Positions 29,208-38,690 of a DNA stretch of 64,000 nucleotides are shown here, in pieces. The number at the start of each line of letters is the position of its first letter. Position 1 is the stretch's first letter. The translations under genes and the position numbers were made by a program. The notes under the pieces were generated by a model that was not told the origin of the DNA, searched no databases, and saw nothing but the letters and a program-made list of their open reading frames with translations. The stretch is from an uncultured Bacteriovoracaceae bacterium (GTDB lineage Bacteria > Bdellovibrionota > UBA1018): the NCBI GenBank assembly GCA_964363305.1, contig CAYIHX010000010.1, positions 4,036 through 68,035 of the forward strand, given 5' to 3'.

Positions 29208-29388
29208 TGGATAGGTCCTCCTGGTAGGGAAATGTGAGAGTTCCTCGGCTCGCTGAGACTAGCCCCAGTGGAGGTTGGGCCTCTCACGGTTCAACAAAAC
29301 AACGATACTCCCGATGCTTGAGGCGAAGCAAAAGAGGGTGTTTTTTTGTGATGCGTCATCGATCAGGTATTGGGCGTTTAGGCGGTGT

Positions 29389-30891
29389 CTAAAAGACTTT
29401 TTTACGCTTCCCAGAAGACAAAATGCCAAGCATATCTCGATACTTGGCGACGGTTCGGCGCGCAATATCGATATTGTCGCCCTGTAAGAGCTCGACAATT
29501 TTTTGATCGGAGAGGGGGTTTTTCGGGTCCTCTTTAGTGACGAGATGTTTGATCTTCTCTTTCACCGCTTCGCTGGCGAGCGCGTCTGATCCGTCGCCCG
29601 ATTGAATGCTTGAGTTGAAGAAGTACTTGAGTTCAAAAATCCCCACCGGGGTATGAACGTATTTGTTCGTCGTCACGCGCGAAATGGTGGATTCGTGCAT
29701 GCCGATATCGGCGGCAATGTCTTTGAGGATCATCGGCTTCAGCTGCTGGACGCCTTTTTCGAAAAAATCTCGCTGTCGCTTCACGATGGCCTCAGTCACT
29801 TTGAAAATAGTTTTTTGTCGGTTGTGAATGGACCGAATCAGCCAGATCGCCGAACGGAGTTTGTCTTGCACATACTCTTTGGTGTTTTTGTTGCCGTCCT
29901 TCTGGGCGCTCTGAAGGATGTTCCGGTAGTACGGCGAGATGCGAAGCTTCGGCATGCCATCTTCGTTTAAAACCACGACGAACTCTTCAGCCACCTTGTA
30001 AACGTAGATGTCGGGGGTGATGTACTGGGTGTCCGAGGCGCCGAAAGATCGGCCGGGCTTCGGCTCGAACTCCAGAATCAGCTTGGTCGCTTCGATCACC
30101 TCACTCATCGATTGACCGGTTATTTTTGCAATCGACGCGTAGTTCTTCCGCTCCAGATCGCCGAGGTGGTTTTCCAGAATGAGTTCCACAAGCGGTTGCC
30201 GCGGACGCATGAGTCGGGCCTGGTGCAGGAGGCATTCTTTCAAATCTCGCGAAGCGACGCCAACCGGGTCAAACGTCTGGATGACCTTGAGAACCTCCTC
30301 GGCATCTTCGAGGTGAATGCCGGTTTCCACGGCGAGATCTTCCAGTTTTGCGTTGAAATAGCCGTCATCGCTCAGGTTGCCGATGATCAGGTCGCCGAGC
30401 AGCGTTTCTTCGGGCGTCAGATTCGCCATGGAGAGCTGCCAAGTGAGGTGCTCTTCTAAGGAGGTCGTTCGGGTGAGGATGTTTTCAAAGCTGGGGAGGT
30501 CCTCGTTGATTTCTCTCATCGAGGGGCCGGGGCTTGAGGAGGAGGAGTTGAAGTCCTCGATATAAGAGTCCCAGTTGAAGTCGTCATCCTTTCCCGCAAC
30601 GACTTGGTCCTCTTTGGGCTGGTCCTTTTGGAAGGCTTCTTCGTCCCGGAGCTGCTCGGCCTCTGGATCGGCAGGAAGATCCGCCTGCGTTTCGGCATCG
30701 GTGGGAATCTCAGGGTCGGACTCAGGCCCCTCGCCCAACTCTTCCAGGATGGGGTTCTCGACGAGCTCCTGATTGACGACTTCCGCCAGCTCCATGCGAT
30801 TGAGTTGGAGTAGCTTGATCGCCTGTTGGAGCTGGGGAGTCATCACCAGCTGTTGGCTCAGTCTTAAGCTTTGTTTAATTTCAAAAGCCAT
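29389..30891 (-). CDS. rpoN: RNA polymerase sigma-54 factor
   Basis: Gln/Leu-rich region I (LSQQLVMTPQLQQAIKLLQL), an acidic region II, and a C-terminal HTH with the RpoN box ARRTVAKYR. Confidence 0.95.
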   Translation of the reverse strand: MAFEIKQSLRLSQQLVMTPQLQQAIKLLQLNRMELAEVVNQELVENPILEELGEGPESDPEIPTDAETQADLPADPEAEQLRDEEAFQKDQPKEDQVVAGKDDDFNWDSYIEDFNSSSSSPGPSMREINEDLPSFENILTRTTSLEEHLTWQLSMANLTPEETLLGDLIIGNLSDDGYFNAKLEDLAVETGIHLEDAEEVLKVIQTFDPVGVASRDLKECLLHQARLMRPRQPLVELILENHLGDLERKNYASIAKITGQSMSEVIEATKLILEFEPKPGRSFGASDTQYITPDIYVYKVAEEFVVVLNEDGMPKLRISPYYRNILQSAQKDGNKNTKEYVQDKLRSAIWLIRSIHNRQKTIFKVTEAIVKRQRDFFEKGVQQLKPMILKDIAADIGMHESTISRVTTNKYVHTPVGIFELKYFFNSSIQSGDGSDALASEAVKEKIKHLVTKEDPKNPLSDQKIVELLQGDNIDIARRTVAKYRDMLGILSSGKRKKVF

Positions 30892-30948
30892 CTTCTACAC
30901 GTTTCCTACTGCCGAGCCCCATACTGCAGCGCCGACGTGATGTTGTCT

Positions 30949-31710
30949 CTACAGAGAGAAATTCTCACCAAGATAGGTATCGCGAGCGGTTTGACTGTTC
31001 GCGATTTCCTGGGGAGTTCCATGTTCTACTATTTTACCATCGCTGAGCAAATATCCAACGTCACAAATTTCTAATGTTTCTCGGACGTTATGATCTGTGA
31101 TGAGAATTCCGATCTGCCGTTTCTTTAAAATTCGGATCATATTCTGGATGTCATCGACGGCCTTGGGGTCGATGCCGGCGAAGGGCTCGTCGAGGAGGAG
31201 GAAAACCGGGTTGAGCGCGAGGGCCCGTGCCACCTCTACGCGCCGCCGCTCGCCCCCCGAAAGAGTGAAAGCCTTTTGTTTCGCGACATGAGTGAGTCGA
31301 AATTCCTCAAGAAGGAAGTCGAGCCGCTCTTTTCTGATCTTTTCGTTGAGGTCGAGCGTTTCGAGAACGGCGCGCACATTTTCTTCCACGGTCAATTTTC
31401 TGAAAACGGAGGCTTCCTGGGGAAGATAGGCAATCCCTTGGCGGGCCCGTTCATGCATTTTCCATTGGGCGATGTCCGTTCCGTCAAAAAGAACCCGCCC
31501 CTGGTCCGCGCGCACCAGACCGATGACCATGTAGAAAGAGGTCGTTTTGCCCGCGCCGTTAGGCCCGAGTAGGCCGACGACCTGCCCGCTTTTGACTTCA
31601 AACGAGACTCCGCGGACGACCGTTCGGCCCTTGTAGGCCTTGACCAAATCCTCCGCCTTAAGCAGGCGCTCGCTTGAACTGTTACTTGTTTTCACCGCTG
31701 CTGAAGGCAT
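30949..31710 (-). CDS. lptB: LPS export ABC transporter ATP-binding protein LptB
   Basis: Walker A GPNGAGKTT, signature LSGGERRRVE, Walker B LLLDEPFAGID. Immediately upstream of rpoN. Confidence 0.9.
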   Translation of the reverse strand: MPSAAVKTSNSSSERLLKAEDLVKAYKGRTVVRGVSFEVKSGQVVGLLGPNGAGKTTSFYMVIGLVRADQGRVLFDGTDIAQWKMHERARQGIAYLPQEASVFRKLTVEENVRAVLETLDLNEKIRKERLDFLLEEFRLTHVAKQKAFTLSGGERRRVEVARALALNPVFLLLDEPFAGIDPKAVDDIQNMIRILKKRQIGILITDHNVRETLEICDVGYLLSDGKIVEHGTPQEIANSQTARDTYLGENFSL

Positions 31711-32911
31711 TTCCGTGTTCGACCTCGACGATTCCCGTGTCCCGATGCATGAGGATCACGTCTCCCACTAGCGTATCACTGTCCTGGTAGACTTGGGGAA
31801 ACTGAGTGAGGATCACGAGTTCCTTCTTCGAGTCGAAGTCGGCTCTCCCTCCTGTGCCGTACTGGAGCGATTTGGCTTCAGTCGATGTCTCTCTGATGAG
31901 CACGTCCTCCCAGGCCGTCAGGTAGTGGACCACGTCGGTGAAGTCGCCGTAGCTGAGGTCGGCTCTTCTCGATTTCGCGAAGAGATCCGGCTGGGTGATT
32001 TTCACGAATTTTTCGGCCAAGGGCCGACTGGCATACATCGTAAAATGGGCAATATTGGTATTGCGGTCGATTACGCACTGGTCCGAGCGAATCTCGGTGG
32101 AGCTTTGGACTCCTTTGTTTGTGGCGTCCCTTTTCTTCGCTTGCCTCATGATGGCTTTCACATTTTTGGGAAGCAGCACGTGATTATCGTTCATGGGATA
32201 GTCCATGCCTAGGCTGTCGAATTCGAGGGTTTGATCGCTTTCGCCGTCTTCATCGCCTTCCCCATGTACCCAGTATTTTTCTGGGATCTGAACTCGCCGG
32301 GGCCCGGGGCGATAACGGAGGTATTCGCTCTTTGTTGAAAACCCATCGGGGAACTGCGTGACGACATCGCCATAGATCTCCAGATCGCGGTCATCGAGAA
32401 AATATTTGGCCTCTTTTCCGGTCACGATCGTGGGTTCTGAGTCAGGGTTGAAAAGGTAGGCGGTGATTTTTCTTGAGTGCATTACTCTCAAGCTGTTGAA
32501 CATATAGGCTTTTTCAGCCACCAGTCGCCATTGTCGTACGCCCCCTTGGGCTGAGACGTATTCAAACTTTTCAACGGTGTACTCGGGAATCTGGTCCTTC
32601 GGGATACCGGGGGCGAGGACTTCCTCCTGGGCGTTGGGTTTCAACTCTTCAGGATCGATTTGACCCGCTACAAAGGGCTTTTCGAGTGTCGACGGCATGA
32701 GGGCGACCCCTTGAATGACGACAAAGAGGGCCACCAGAGCGATCAGGATCGCACGAAAACGGAGTCGGGCTGGACGAGGGTGGGCTGAAACGGGTTCCAC
32801 AGTAGTTCTGAGCCTATCTGAGTCTTCTTTCGGTGGCCACCGAGGAGCGCCGGATACGGGGTAGAATAGCCGTCCCATCTGGGTTAATGTCGCGCCTACC
32901 CATATGGACAT
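31682..32911 (-). CDS. Membrane-anchored LptC/LptA (OstA)-like fusion protein
   Basis: One TM (ILIALVALFVVIQGV) followed by two OstA-like beta-jellyroll-like segments, in the position occupied by lptC and lptA upstream of lptB. The start is uncertain (ATG 32911 or 32878). Confidence 0.55.
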   Translation of the reverse strand: MSIWVGATLTQMGRLFYPVSGAPRWPPKEDSDRLRTTVEPVSAHPRPARLRFRAILIALVALFVVIQGVALMPSTLEKPFVAGQIDPEELKPNAQEEVLAPGIPKDQIPEYTVEKFEYVSAQGGVRQWRLVAEKAYMFNSLRVMHSRKITAYLFNPDSEPTIVTGKEAKYFLDDRDLEIYGDVVTQFPDGFSTKSEYLRYRPGPRRVQIPEKYWVHGEGDEDGESDQTLEFDSLGMDYPMNDNHVLLPKNVKAIMRQAKKRDATNKGVQSSTEIRSDQCVIDRNTNIAHFTMYASRPLAEKFVKITQPDLFAKSRRADLSYGDFTDVVHYLTAWEDVLIRETSTEAKSLQYGTGGRADFDSKKELVILTQFPQVYQDSDTLVGDVILMHRDTGIVEVEHGNAFSSGENK

Positions 32912-33980
32912 CCTCCAGTTCGAAGAACGAAAACGCGATCACCTTCGTCACGCTCTTGATTCAGCCAATCAGGCGGATGGGGCTGGTAGCCTCGATCGCA
33001 TCCGCCTCGTGCACGAAGCCCTTCCCGATCTGGATCTCGAGGAGGTCAGTCTTTCGTCCCAGTGCTTGGGTAGTTCGAGCGAGACGCCCTTTTTTATCGC
33101 GGCGATGACGGCCGGACATGCTGATGCGCCTCGCCTGAACCGCCAGTTGGCATTGGCCTGCTCACGTCGTGGATGGGCAATGGGCGTCGGGTCCCAGCGT
33201 CGGGAGCTAGAGTCTTTTGAGCTGACCCTGGGGAGTGACGGGGGGGATCGCTGGTCGAAACTTCGTGCGGAAGCGCCCGCTCTTCGACTCTACGCTAACA
33301 TCGGTTTGTCTCAGCTTCCTCGTGCACGGCTGGAGAATCTCCAAAGGCTGGTTGGCGAGATGGATGCGACGGCCCTCGTTGTTCACGCGAACGCCTTGCA
33401 GGAAGGGTTGCAACGGGAGGGTACTCCACAATTCGGAGGAAGTATCGACGCACTGGCCCGTTTATGCGAGGGAATGAAGATCCCCGTTATTTTGAAAGAA
33501 ACAGGCTGCGGCTTTTCGGAAGGCTCGGTGCGTCGCGTTGCCTGTCTGGGTCTTGCGGCCATCGACGTGAGCGGACTGGGCGGCACTCACTGGGGACGAA
33601 TCGAGGGGGCTCGCGCCGGTGAGGTCGACGCCCTGGGGCGCCGCCTGACTCGTGCCGCTCAGGTGTTTAAAGATTGGGGCATCTCGACCGTGCAGTCGGT
33701 TCTGAATGCTCGAAAAGTATTGGGGTCCGGTCCGGTCGAGACCTGGGCCTCGGGTGGAGTACGTAGCGGTCTCGACGCGGCTAAACTCATGGCCCTCGGG
33801 GCTTTCCAGGTCGGGTTTGCCAAACCCGCGCTTGAGGCGGCACAGCTCGGCGACGAGGGTCTCGATGAATGGATGGAGCAAATCGAGTTTGAGACGCGGC
33901 TCGCGATGTTTTGTTCTGGTATGAAATCGACAGCGCAGCTTCGAGGACGGGAGACGGTATGGACGAAACACGCACCATGA
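32904..33980 (+). CDS. fni: Type 2 (FMN-dependent) isopentenyl-diphosphate delta-isomerase
   Basis: N-terminal RKRDHLRHAL, TIM-barrel FMN motifs (KETGCGFS, IDVSGLGGTHW, ASGGVRSGLD). 358 aa. Confidence 0.9.
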   Translation: MDILQFEERKRDHLRHALDSANQADGAGSLDRIRLVHEALPDLDLEEVSLSSQCLGSSSETPFFIAAMTAGHADAPRLNRQLALACSRRGWAMGVGSQRRELESFELTLGSDGGDRWSKLRAEAPALRLYANIGLSQLPRARLENLQRLVGEMDATALVVHANALQEGLQREGTPQFGGSIDALARLCEGMKIPVILKETGCGFSEGSVRRVACLGLAAIDVSGLGGTHWGRIEGARAGEVDALGRRLTRAAQVFKDWGISTVQSVLNARKVLGSGPVETWASGGVRSGLDAAKLMALGAFQVGFAKPALEAAQLGDEGLDEWMEQIEFETRLAMFCSGMKSTAQLRGRETVWTKHAP

Positions 33981-35266
33981 TGGAAGGTTTTCATCGTCTT
34001 TCGAGAGAGGAGCGCTTGAGACGAGTTCAGGCGATCGCGGGGCTGTCGAGCCACGAGGCCGATATTCTTTCTGGGGCGATTCCCACTCCGCCTGAGGTGG
34101 CCGAGCATCTCATCGAGAACGTGGTCGGCTATTTTTCCATCCCGCTCGGCGTGGCGACGAACTTCAACATCGATGGTCGTGATCTCCTCATTCCGATGGC
34201 GGTTGAGGAATCTTCGATCATCGCGGCCGCCAGCGCCAATGCGAAGTGGGTGCGCCAGGAGGGCAGCATCGTCACCTATATGAAGGGCAATCTGATCATC
34301 GGGCAGATTCAGCTTCCGACGGTGCTCAACGTCCCGCGAGCCCGGCACCTTTTGCATTTTCATCGAGACGAGTTGATGAAGCTCGCCGATTCGGTTCAGC
34401 CCGGCCTGGTGGCCCGCGGAGGTGGGGTGCGTGATATCGCGATTCGTGAAATTCAGCGTCCGCAGGGCACGGGTACTATGCTCGTGATTCACGTGCTGTG
34501 TGATCCCTGCGATGCCATGGGCGCGAATCTGATCAATCAGGTTTGCGAAGTGCTCAAGCCGCGCATTGAGGAGCTGACTTCAGAGAAGGTGGGCCTGTGC
34601 ATCCTGTCCAACCTGGTCGATACGAAGCTGGCTGTAGCTGAGTTGGTGATTCGTGACATCCAGCCGCAGTTAGGGCGGGGTATTGAGGAAGCGACTGCTT
34701 TTGCCAAGCTCGATCCGTATCGGGCAGCGACGCACAACAAAGGCGTCTTGAACGGGATTGATCCCATTCTGATCGCTACCGGCAATGATTGGCGCGCGGT
34801 AGAGGCGGGTGTTCATGCCTATGCTGCGCGCTCTGGGACGTATCAGCCCGTGACGGAATGGCGGATGGAAGGCTCGGATCTGCGGGGTCGGATCGAGGTT
34901 CCGATGGCGGTTGGAACGGTCGGTGGCGTGACGCGATTGCACCCCACCGCGCGAGTGGCGTTGAAGATTCTAGGAATCGAGCATGCGGAAGATCTTGCTC
35001 GCATTTGCGCCGCGGTCGGCCTGGTGCAGAATTTAGCGGCGCTGAAGGCGCTTTCGACCGTGGGGATCGTCAGGGGGCACATGGCGCTTCATGCCGCGAA
35101 TCTCGCCATAGCGGCCGGCGCCGAGACGCATGAGGTGCCGGAGGTTCGGGCTCGTTTGGCCGAAGTGCTTAAAACTGAGAAGACCATCAGTTTGACCCGT
35201 GCGCGACAGATTCTTGAGGCGCTTCGCTTCGAAGGGAAGAAGAGTGGGCTCGGTGTTGGAAATTAG
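33977..35266 (+). CDS. mvaA: Hydroxymethylglutaryl-CoA reductase, class II
   Basis: ATGA overlap with fni. Class II motifs (ENVVGYFSIPLGVA, MAVEESSIIAA, DAMGANLIN, ATHNKGVLNGID, GTVGG). Confidence 0.9.
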   Translation: MMEGFHRLSREERLRRVQAIAGLSSHEADILSGAIPTPPEVAEHLIENVVGYFSIPLGVATNFNIDGRDLLIPMAVEESSIIAAASANAKWVRQEGSIVTYMKGNLIIGQIQLPTVLNVPRARHLLHFHRDELMKLADSVQPGLVARGGGVRDIAIREIQRPQGTGTMLVIHVLCDPCDAMGANLINQVCEVLKPRIEELTSEKVGLCILSNLVDTKLAVAELVIRDIQPQLGRGIEEATAFAKLDPYRAATHNKGVLNGIDPILIATGNDWRAVEAGVHAYAARSGTYQPVTEWRMEGSDLRGRIEVPMAVGTVGGVTRLHPTARVALKILGIEHAEDLARICAAVGLVQNLAALKALSTVGIVRGHMALHAANLAIAAGAETHEVPEVRARLAEVLKTEKTISLTRARQILEALRFEGKKSGLGVGN

Positions 35267-36170
35267 CATTCCCGGAAAAATATTTCTTCTCGGGGAGTAC
35301 GCGGTGCTTGGGGGCTCGCCCGCCTGGGTTGCCGCGCTTGGACCTCGGTTCTCGCTCCGGGCGGAAAAGGCCGAAGAGTGGGAGTTTCCGTTCTCTTCGC
35401 AATCGCCAGCGGGGCGTCTGCTTCAGGCGTGGAAGGAACAGGGAGAAATCGGGCCTTTTCGTTTCGCGTTCCGGGACGCGCACGGCGGAGCCGGTGGCTT
35501 CGGCGGTTCGACGGCGGAGTTCGCTCTCGCCTACGTGGCTGAAAAATTGATTTCTAGGGAGGCTCAAACAGGGTCATTTGATGCGATCGCGCTCCCTACA
35601 TGGAAAAAATACCGCGAGGTGACGGGTCGCGATCCAGGCATCGCGCCGAGTGGGGCTGATTTGCTCGTTCAGCTTCTCGGTGGTGTTCAGAGGGTGCGGG
35701 TGGATCGGACGGGCGAGGCGCATGTATCGCCAATTCACGATCAGTTGCCGCTCGAGCGGTTTGTGATTTTGAGTGCGGCCGGAGTTCCAGGCAGGAAAGT
35801 GACCACCCACGCTCATCTCGCTTCATTTGAGGGGGGGACCCAGTTTCATCGGGATTTGGAGCAGATTGTCGCTGATGCGGAGATGGCGCTTCACGCCGGA
35901 GACGTGATCGCGCTCGGTGCGAGTTTGACGAGGTACGCGGAAGTGCTTGGCGAACTTGGACTGGAGGCGCCGGCCGCGCGAGAGGAGCGCGAGCGGTTCA
36001 CGCGTCTGCCGGGGGTCTTGGGTTACAAAGGGTGCGGCGCTTTGCTTTCGGATGCGGCGGTGGCGCTAGTCAGTGATGATGTCGCCGCGAGCGGCCTCAT
36101 TCAGGCGGCCTCGGCGCGCGGGCTTCGTTTGGTCACTCAGGGCTTGAAGGTCGAACCGGGGGTTCGATGA
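35244..36170 (+). CDS. Phosphomevalonate kinase (GHMP family)
   Basis: N-terminal SIPGKIFLLGEYAVLGGSPA and a GHMP motif GGFGGSTAEFAL. Position between mvaA and mvaD. The start is uncertain (GTG 35244, or 35253/35256). Confidence 0.75.
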   Translation: MGSVLEISIPGKIFLLGEYAVLGGSPAWVAALGPRFSLRAEKAEEWEFPFSSQSPAGRLLQAWKEQGEIGPFRFAFRDAHGGAGGFGGSTAEFALAYVAEKLISREAQTGSFDAIALPTWKKYREVTGRDPGIAPSGADLLVQLLGGVQRVRVDRTGEAHVSPIHDQLPLERFVILSAAGVPGRKVTTHAHLASFEGGTQFHRDLEQIVADAEMALHAGDVIALGASLTRYAEVLGELGLEAPAAREERERFTRLPGVLGYKGCGALLSDAAVALVSDDVAASGLIQAASARGLRLVTQGLKVEPGVR

Positions 36171-37234
36171 GCCGGAAAATTTTAGCGCGCGCGTCGGCGA
36201 ATATCGCGATCGTGAAATACATGGGGAAGGCCGATGCGCGTTTGAACCTCCCCGCGAATGCTTCTCTTTCGATGACGCTTGATTCGCTTTGCACCGTGGT
36301 CGAGCTTCGTGAAGCTTCGACCAACGCCTGGGTGCCCGAGGTGCCCGCGGTTCGGTTGCCTGGCCTTCTCGTTCCGACTCTCGACGAGAGGGGCGTGAAA
36401 AAATTCGAAGCGCATTTTGAACGCGTGCTAAGCGAGGCCCCTGCTATTCTTCGGGCGGCCGGTGTTCAGCCACAGCCGCCAGAATCGTGGGTGATTCGGT
36501 CAGCGAACACCTTTCCGGCCGCCTCGGGCATTGCGTCGAGCGCGTCGGCGTTCGCCGCGCTGACCTTGGCGGGCGCGGCGGCGTGCGCGGAAAATATCGC
36601 TGATCTGGAGGCCGCCTTGGAGCGCGGGCCGGTGTTGAGGCGCGCGCTGGCGCGACTGTCTCGGCGCGGTTCGGGCAGCTCGTGCCGATCGTTCGAGGGT
36701 CCTTGGGTGCGGTGGTCGGGCGAGGAAGCGCGGGGCGTTTTTTCATCGCTTGGCCGGTACGTTGATCTGGTTTTGCTCGTGGCGAGCGTGCGCAAGGATG
36801 TGTCGTCCTCTGACGCTCATGAGGCGGTGACCAGTTCTCCGCTCTGGTCGGGACGCGCCGAGCGCGCCAACGCCCGGGTGCGGGATTTAGAAGAAGCCTT
36901 GGCGAGCGGCGCGCCTTCGAGGTTGGCGCGGATCGCCTGGGAGGAGTCGTGGGAGATGCACAGCCTGTTTCACACCTCGTCGCATCCGTTCAGCTACTGG
37001 CTGCCGCAGAGTCTCGAGCTCTTGCAGTGGCTCCGACCCGGGGTAGAGGAGGGGTTGGCCCTGCGCTCGTCCGACGTACCGGTCGTGACGATGGATGCCG
37101 GCCCGAACGTGCATCTGCTCGTCCCGGAAGCGCACGCGGCTCGGTGGCGGGCGCGGGTGGCCGAGCGTTTTCCGGGGCTCGCGGTGCTGGAGGACCGGGC
37201 TGGCTCCGGGGCCCGTCTCATTTCTGAGCGCTGA
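36167..37234 (+). CDS. mvaD: Diphosphomevalonate decarboxylase
   Basis: ASANIAIVKYMGK, ANTFPAASGIASSASAFAAL, GSGSSCRS, MDAGPNVHLL. ATGA overlap with the upstream gene. Confidence 0.9.
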   Translation: MSRKILARASANIAIVKYMGKADARLNLPANASLSMTLDSLCTVVELREASTNAWVPEVPAVRLPGLLVPTLDERGVKKFEAHFERVLSEAPAILRAAGVQPQPPESWVIRSANTFPAASGIASSASAFAALTLAGAAACAENIADLEAALERGPVLRRALARLSRRGSGSSCRSFEGPWVRWSGEEARGVFSSLGRYVDLVLLVASVRKDVSSSDAHEAVTSSPLWSGRAERANARVRDLEEALASGAPSRLARIAWEESWEMHSLFHTSSHPFSYWLPQSLELLQWLRPGVEEGLALRSSDVPVVTMDAGPNVHLLVPEAHAARWRARVAERFPGLAVLEDRAGSGARLISER

Positions 37235-37300
37235 CTCTGCTCGGCGCCTCTGCTCGGCGCGGGGTTTCGCCCAATGCGAAATCTGAGCGAAGCACGAAGC

Positions 37301-37787
37301 TTAGAAGAAAATCCCGAAGCGCAGGAGGTTGAAGGTCAGAGTCGGGGTTCCGTTGACCGTGAAAATAGTGGAGAAGGACGGCGTCCAAGAGACAAACGAG
37401 TTGAGCGCGAACTTCTTGCCGAGGTCGAATCCGGCCGAAAAATTCGTGGTTGTGGTGCTTCCCGACGAAAGGAGGGTGAACCCCGCCAAGCCGCGGAGGA
37501 AGAAATCGTCGTTCAGGTCCTTGCCGAAATGACTGAGGCCAATCCCGACAAGATTCTGCGTGAGAATGGTGTTCGAGCCTGATGAACTATTAACGAACCC
37601 AAAAGTACTCTTTAGTCCTACCTGAGCCATCAATTCCGAAAACAGTGACTGTTTCCATGACCTGAAGAGTGGCTGCCGTCCCTCCCGCAATCTCATGATG
37701 AAGAGAGTCGCCATCCTCTTTCGCGTAAGTGGTGGTGGCGGCCAGAAAACAAACGGCAAGAAGAGCGAGCATACGGTTCAAGTTCAA
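37301..37787 (-). pseudogene. Small outer-membrane beta-barrel protein gene split by a +1 frameshift
   Basis: The ORF 37590-37787 encodes a Sec signal (MNLNRMLALLAVCFLAATTTYA). The overlapping ORF 37301-37759, in another frame, encodes alternating beta-strand sequence ending in the OMP-type C-terminus RFGIFF. The frames switch around 37620-37660. Confidence 0.5.
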
Positions 37788-37835
37788 ACTCTATAGGGCT
37801 TTCGGTTTCGTGCAAATAGGCATAACGGTGAAACC

Positions 37836-38642
37836 ATGGGGCAGTGGTCGAGCTTTCAAGTTGAAGTTCCGGGCAAATGGGTTCTGTGCGGAGAGCACTC
37901 CGTTCTGCGCGGTGTGACCGCGATCGCGTTCCCGCATCCTGAGTTTTCGCTTCGGCTCGAATTTCAAGCCGGGACCTCGGCTCTGCACATTCATGCTCCC
38001 GCGGGACCGGTTCGAGAGTTGTTGGAGAGCGCTCTTCGATCCCTGCGCGGATCGGGACGAGTCGTCGAAGAGCCGCTAGGCGAGCTTCATATCGAAAGCT
38101 CAATTCCCGTGGGTGCGGGATTGGGCAGTTCGGCGGCGCTTTGTGTGGCGGTCACAAAGTGGCTCACGGATTCACACCGATTGAGTTTCGAGCAACAGTT
38201 CGAGTTTGCACGCGAGCTGGAGAATCGCTTTCATGGCCGCTCGAGCGGAATGGACGTCGCCGTCGTCATGGCCGCCGCGCCCGTGGCTTTCACGATGGGA
38301 CGGCCGGCTGAGGTCCTTTCCTTCAAGAGCCTCCCCCGATTCACTTTTCATGACACCGGCCTTCGGGCGCGCACGAGCGAATGTACCGCTCAGGCGGGGG
38401 AGGGAGATGAGCTCATGCGGCAAGCGGCGGTCCTGGCCCGCGATGGACTTGAAAACGAGGTGCTCGACCGGGTGAAACAGGCGATGGATCTTGCCCACCG
38501 GGCTTTCGAGGGGTGGGGCTTGGTCCCATCCGAAGCGCAAGAGTTGCGAAAAAAGCTTCTAGCTCAGGGCGCGTTGTCGGCCCGGCTGACCGGCTCTGGC
38601 CGGGGGGGATTTGTCGTTGCCCTGTGGTCAGCCCTGGGTTAA
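37836..38642 (+). CDS. mvk: Mevalonate kinase (short GHMP form)
   Basis: VPGKWVLCGEHSVLRG N-terminus, GHMP motif PVGAGLGSSAALCVA, C-terminal LTGSGRGG. 268 aa. Confidence 0.8.
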   Translation: MGQWSSFQVEVPGKWVLCGEHSVLRGVTAIAFPHPEFSLRLEFQAGTSALHIHAPAGPVRELLESALRSLRGSGRVVEEPLGELHIESSIPVGAGLGSSAALCVAVTKWLTDSHRLSFEQQFEFARELENRFHGRSSGMDVAVVMAAAPVAFTMGRPAEVLSFKSLPRFTFHDTGLRARTSECTAQAGEGDELMRQAAVLARDGLENEVLDRVKQAMDLAHRAFEGWGLVPSEAQELRKKLLAQGALSARLTGSGRGGFVVALWSALG

Positions 38643-38690
38643 GCCCTACGGTCTTAACTATTCGAGAGTTTGAGGGGAGGTGAATTTTAT

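Noticed and set aside
29208-29388. A 180-bp rpoN-hpf spacer with small ORFs on both strands (29259-29498 and 29275-29487)
   Set aside because: The ORFs lack RBSs and motifs and overlap the rpoN 3' end. The spacer more likely holds an hpf promoter or processing region. I could not identify a convincing -24/-12 or -35/-10 element by eye.
33659-34492. A 277-aa ORF antisense across the idi2/HMG-CoA reductase junction
   Set aside because: Both plus-strand genes are well supported by motifs and an ATGA coupling. The antisense ORF has no recognisable features.
37235-37260. A perfect 13-bp tandem duplication CTCTGCTCGGCGC x2 immediately after the mvaD stop, plus a small hairpin at 37265-37282
   Set aside because: It is real in the sequence, but only two copies are present, with no T-run and no link to a known motif. 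It is most simply a slippage duplication in a convergent intergenic spacer.
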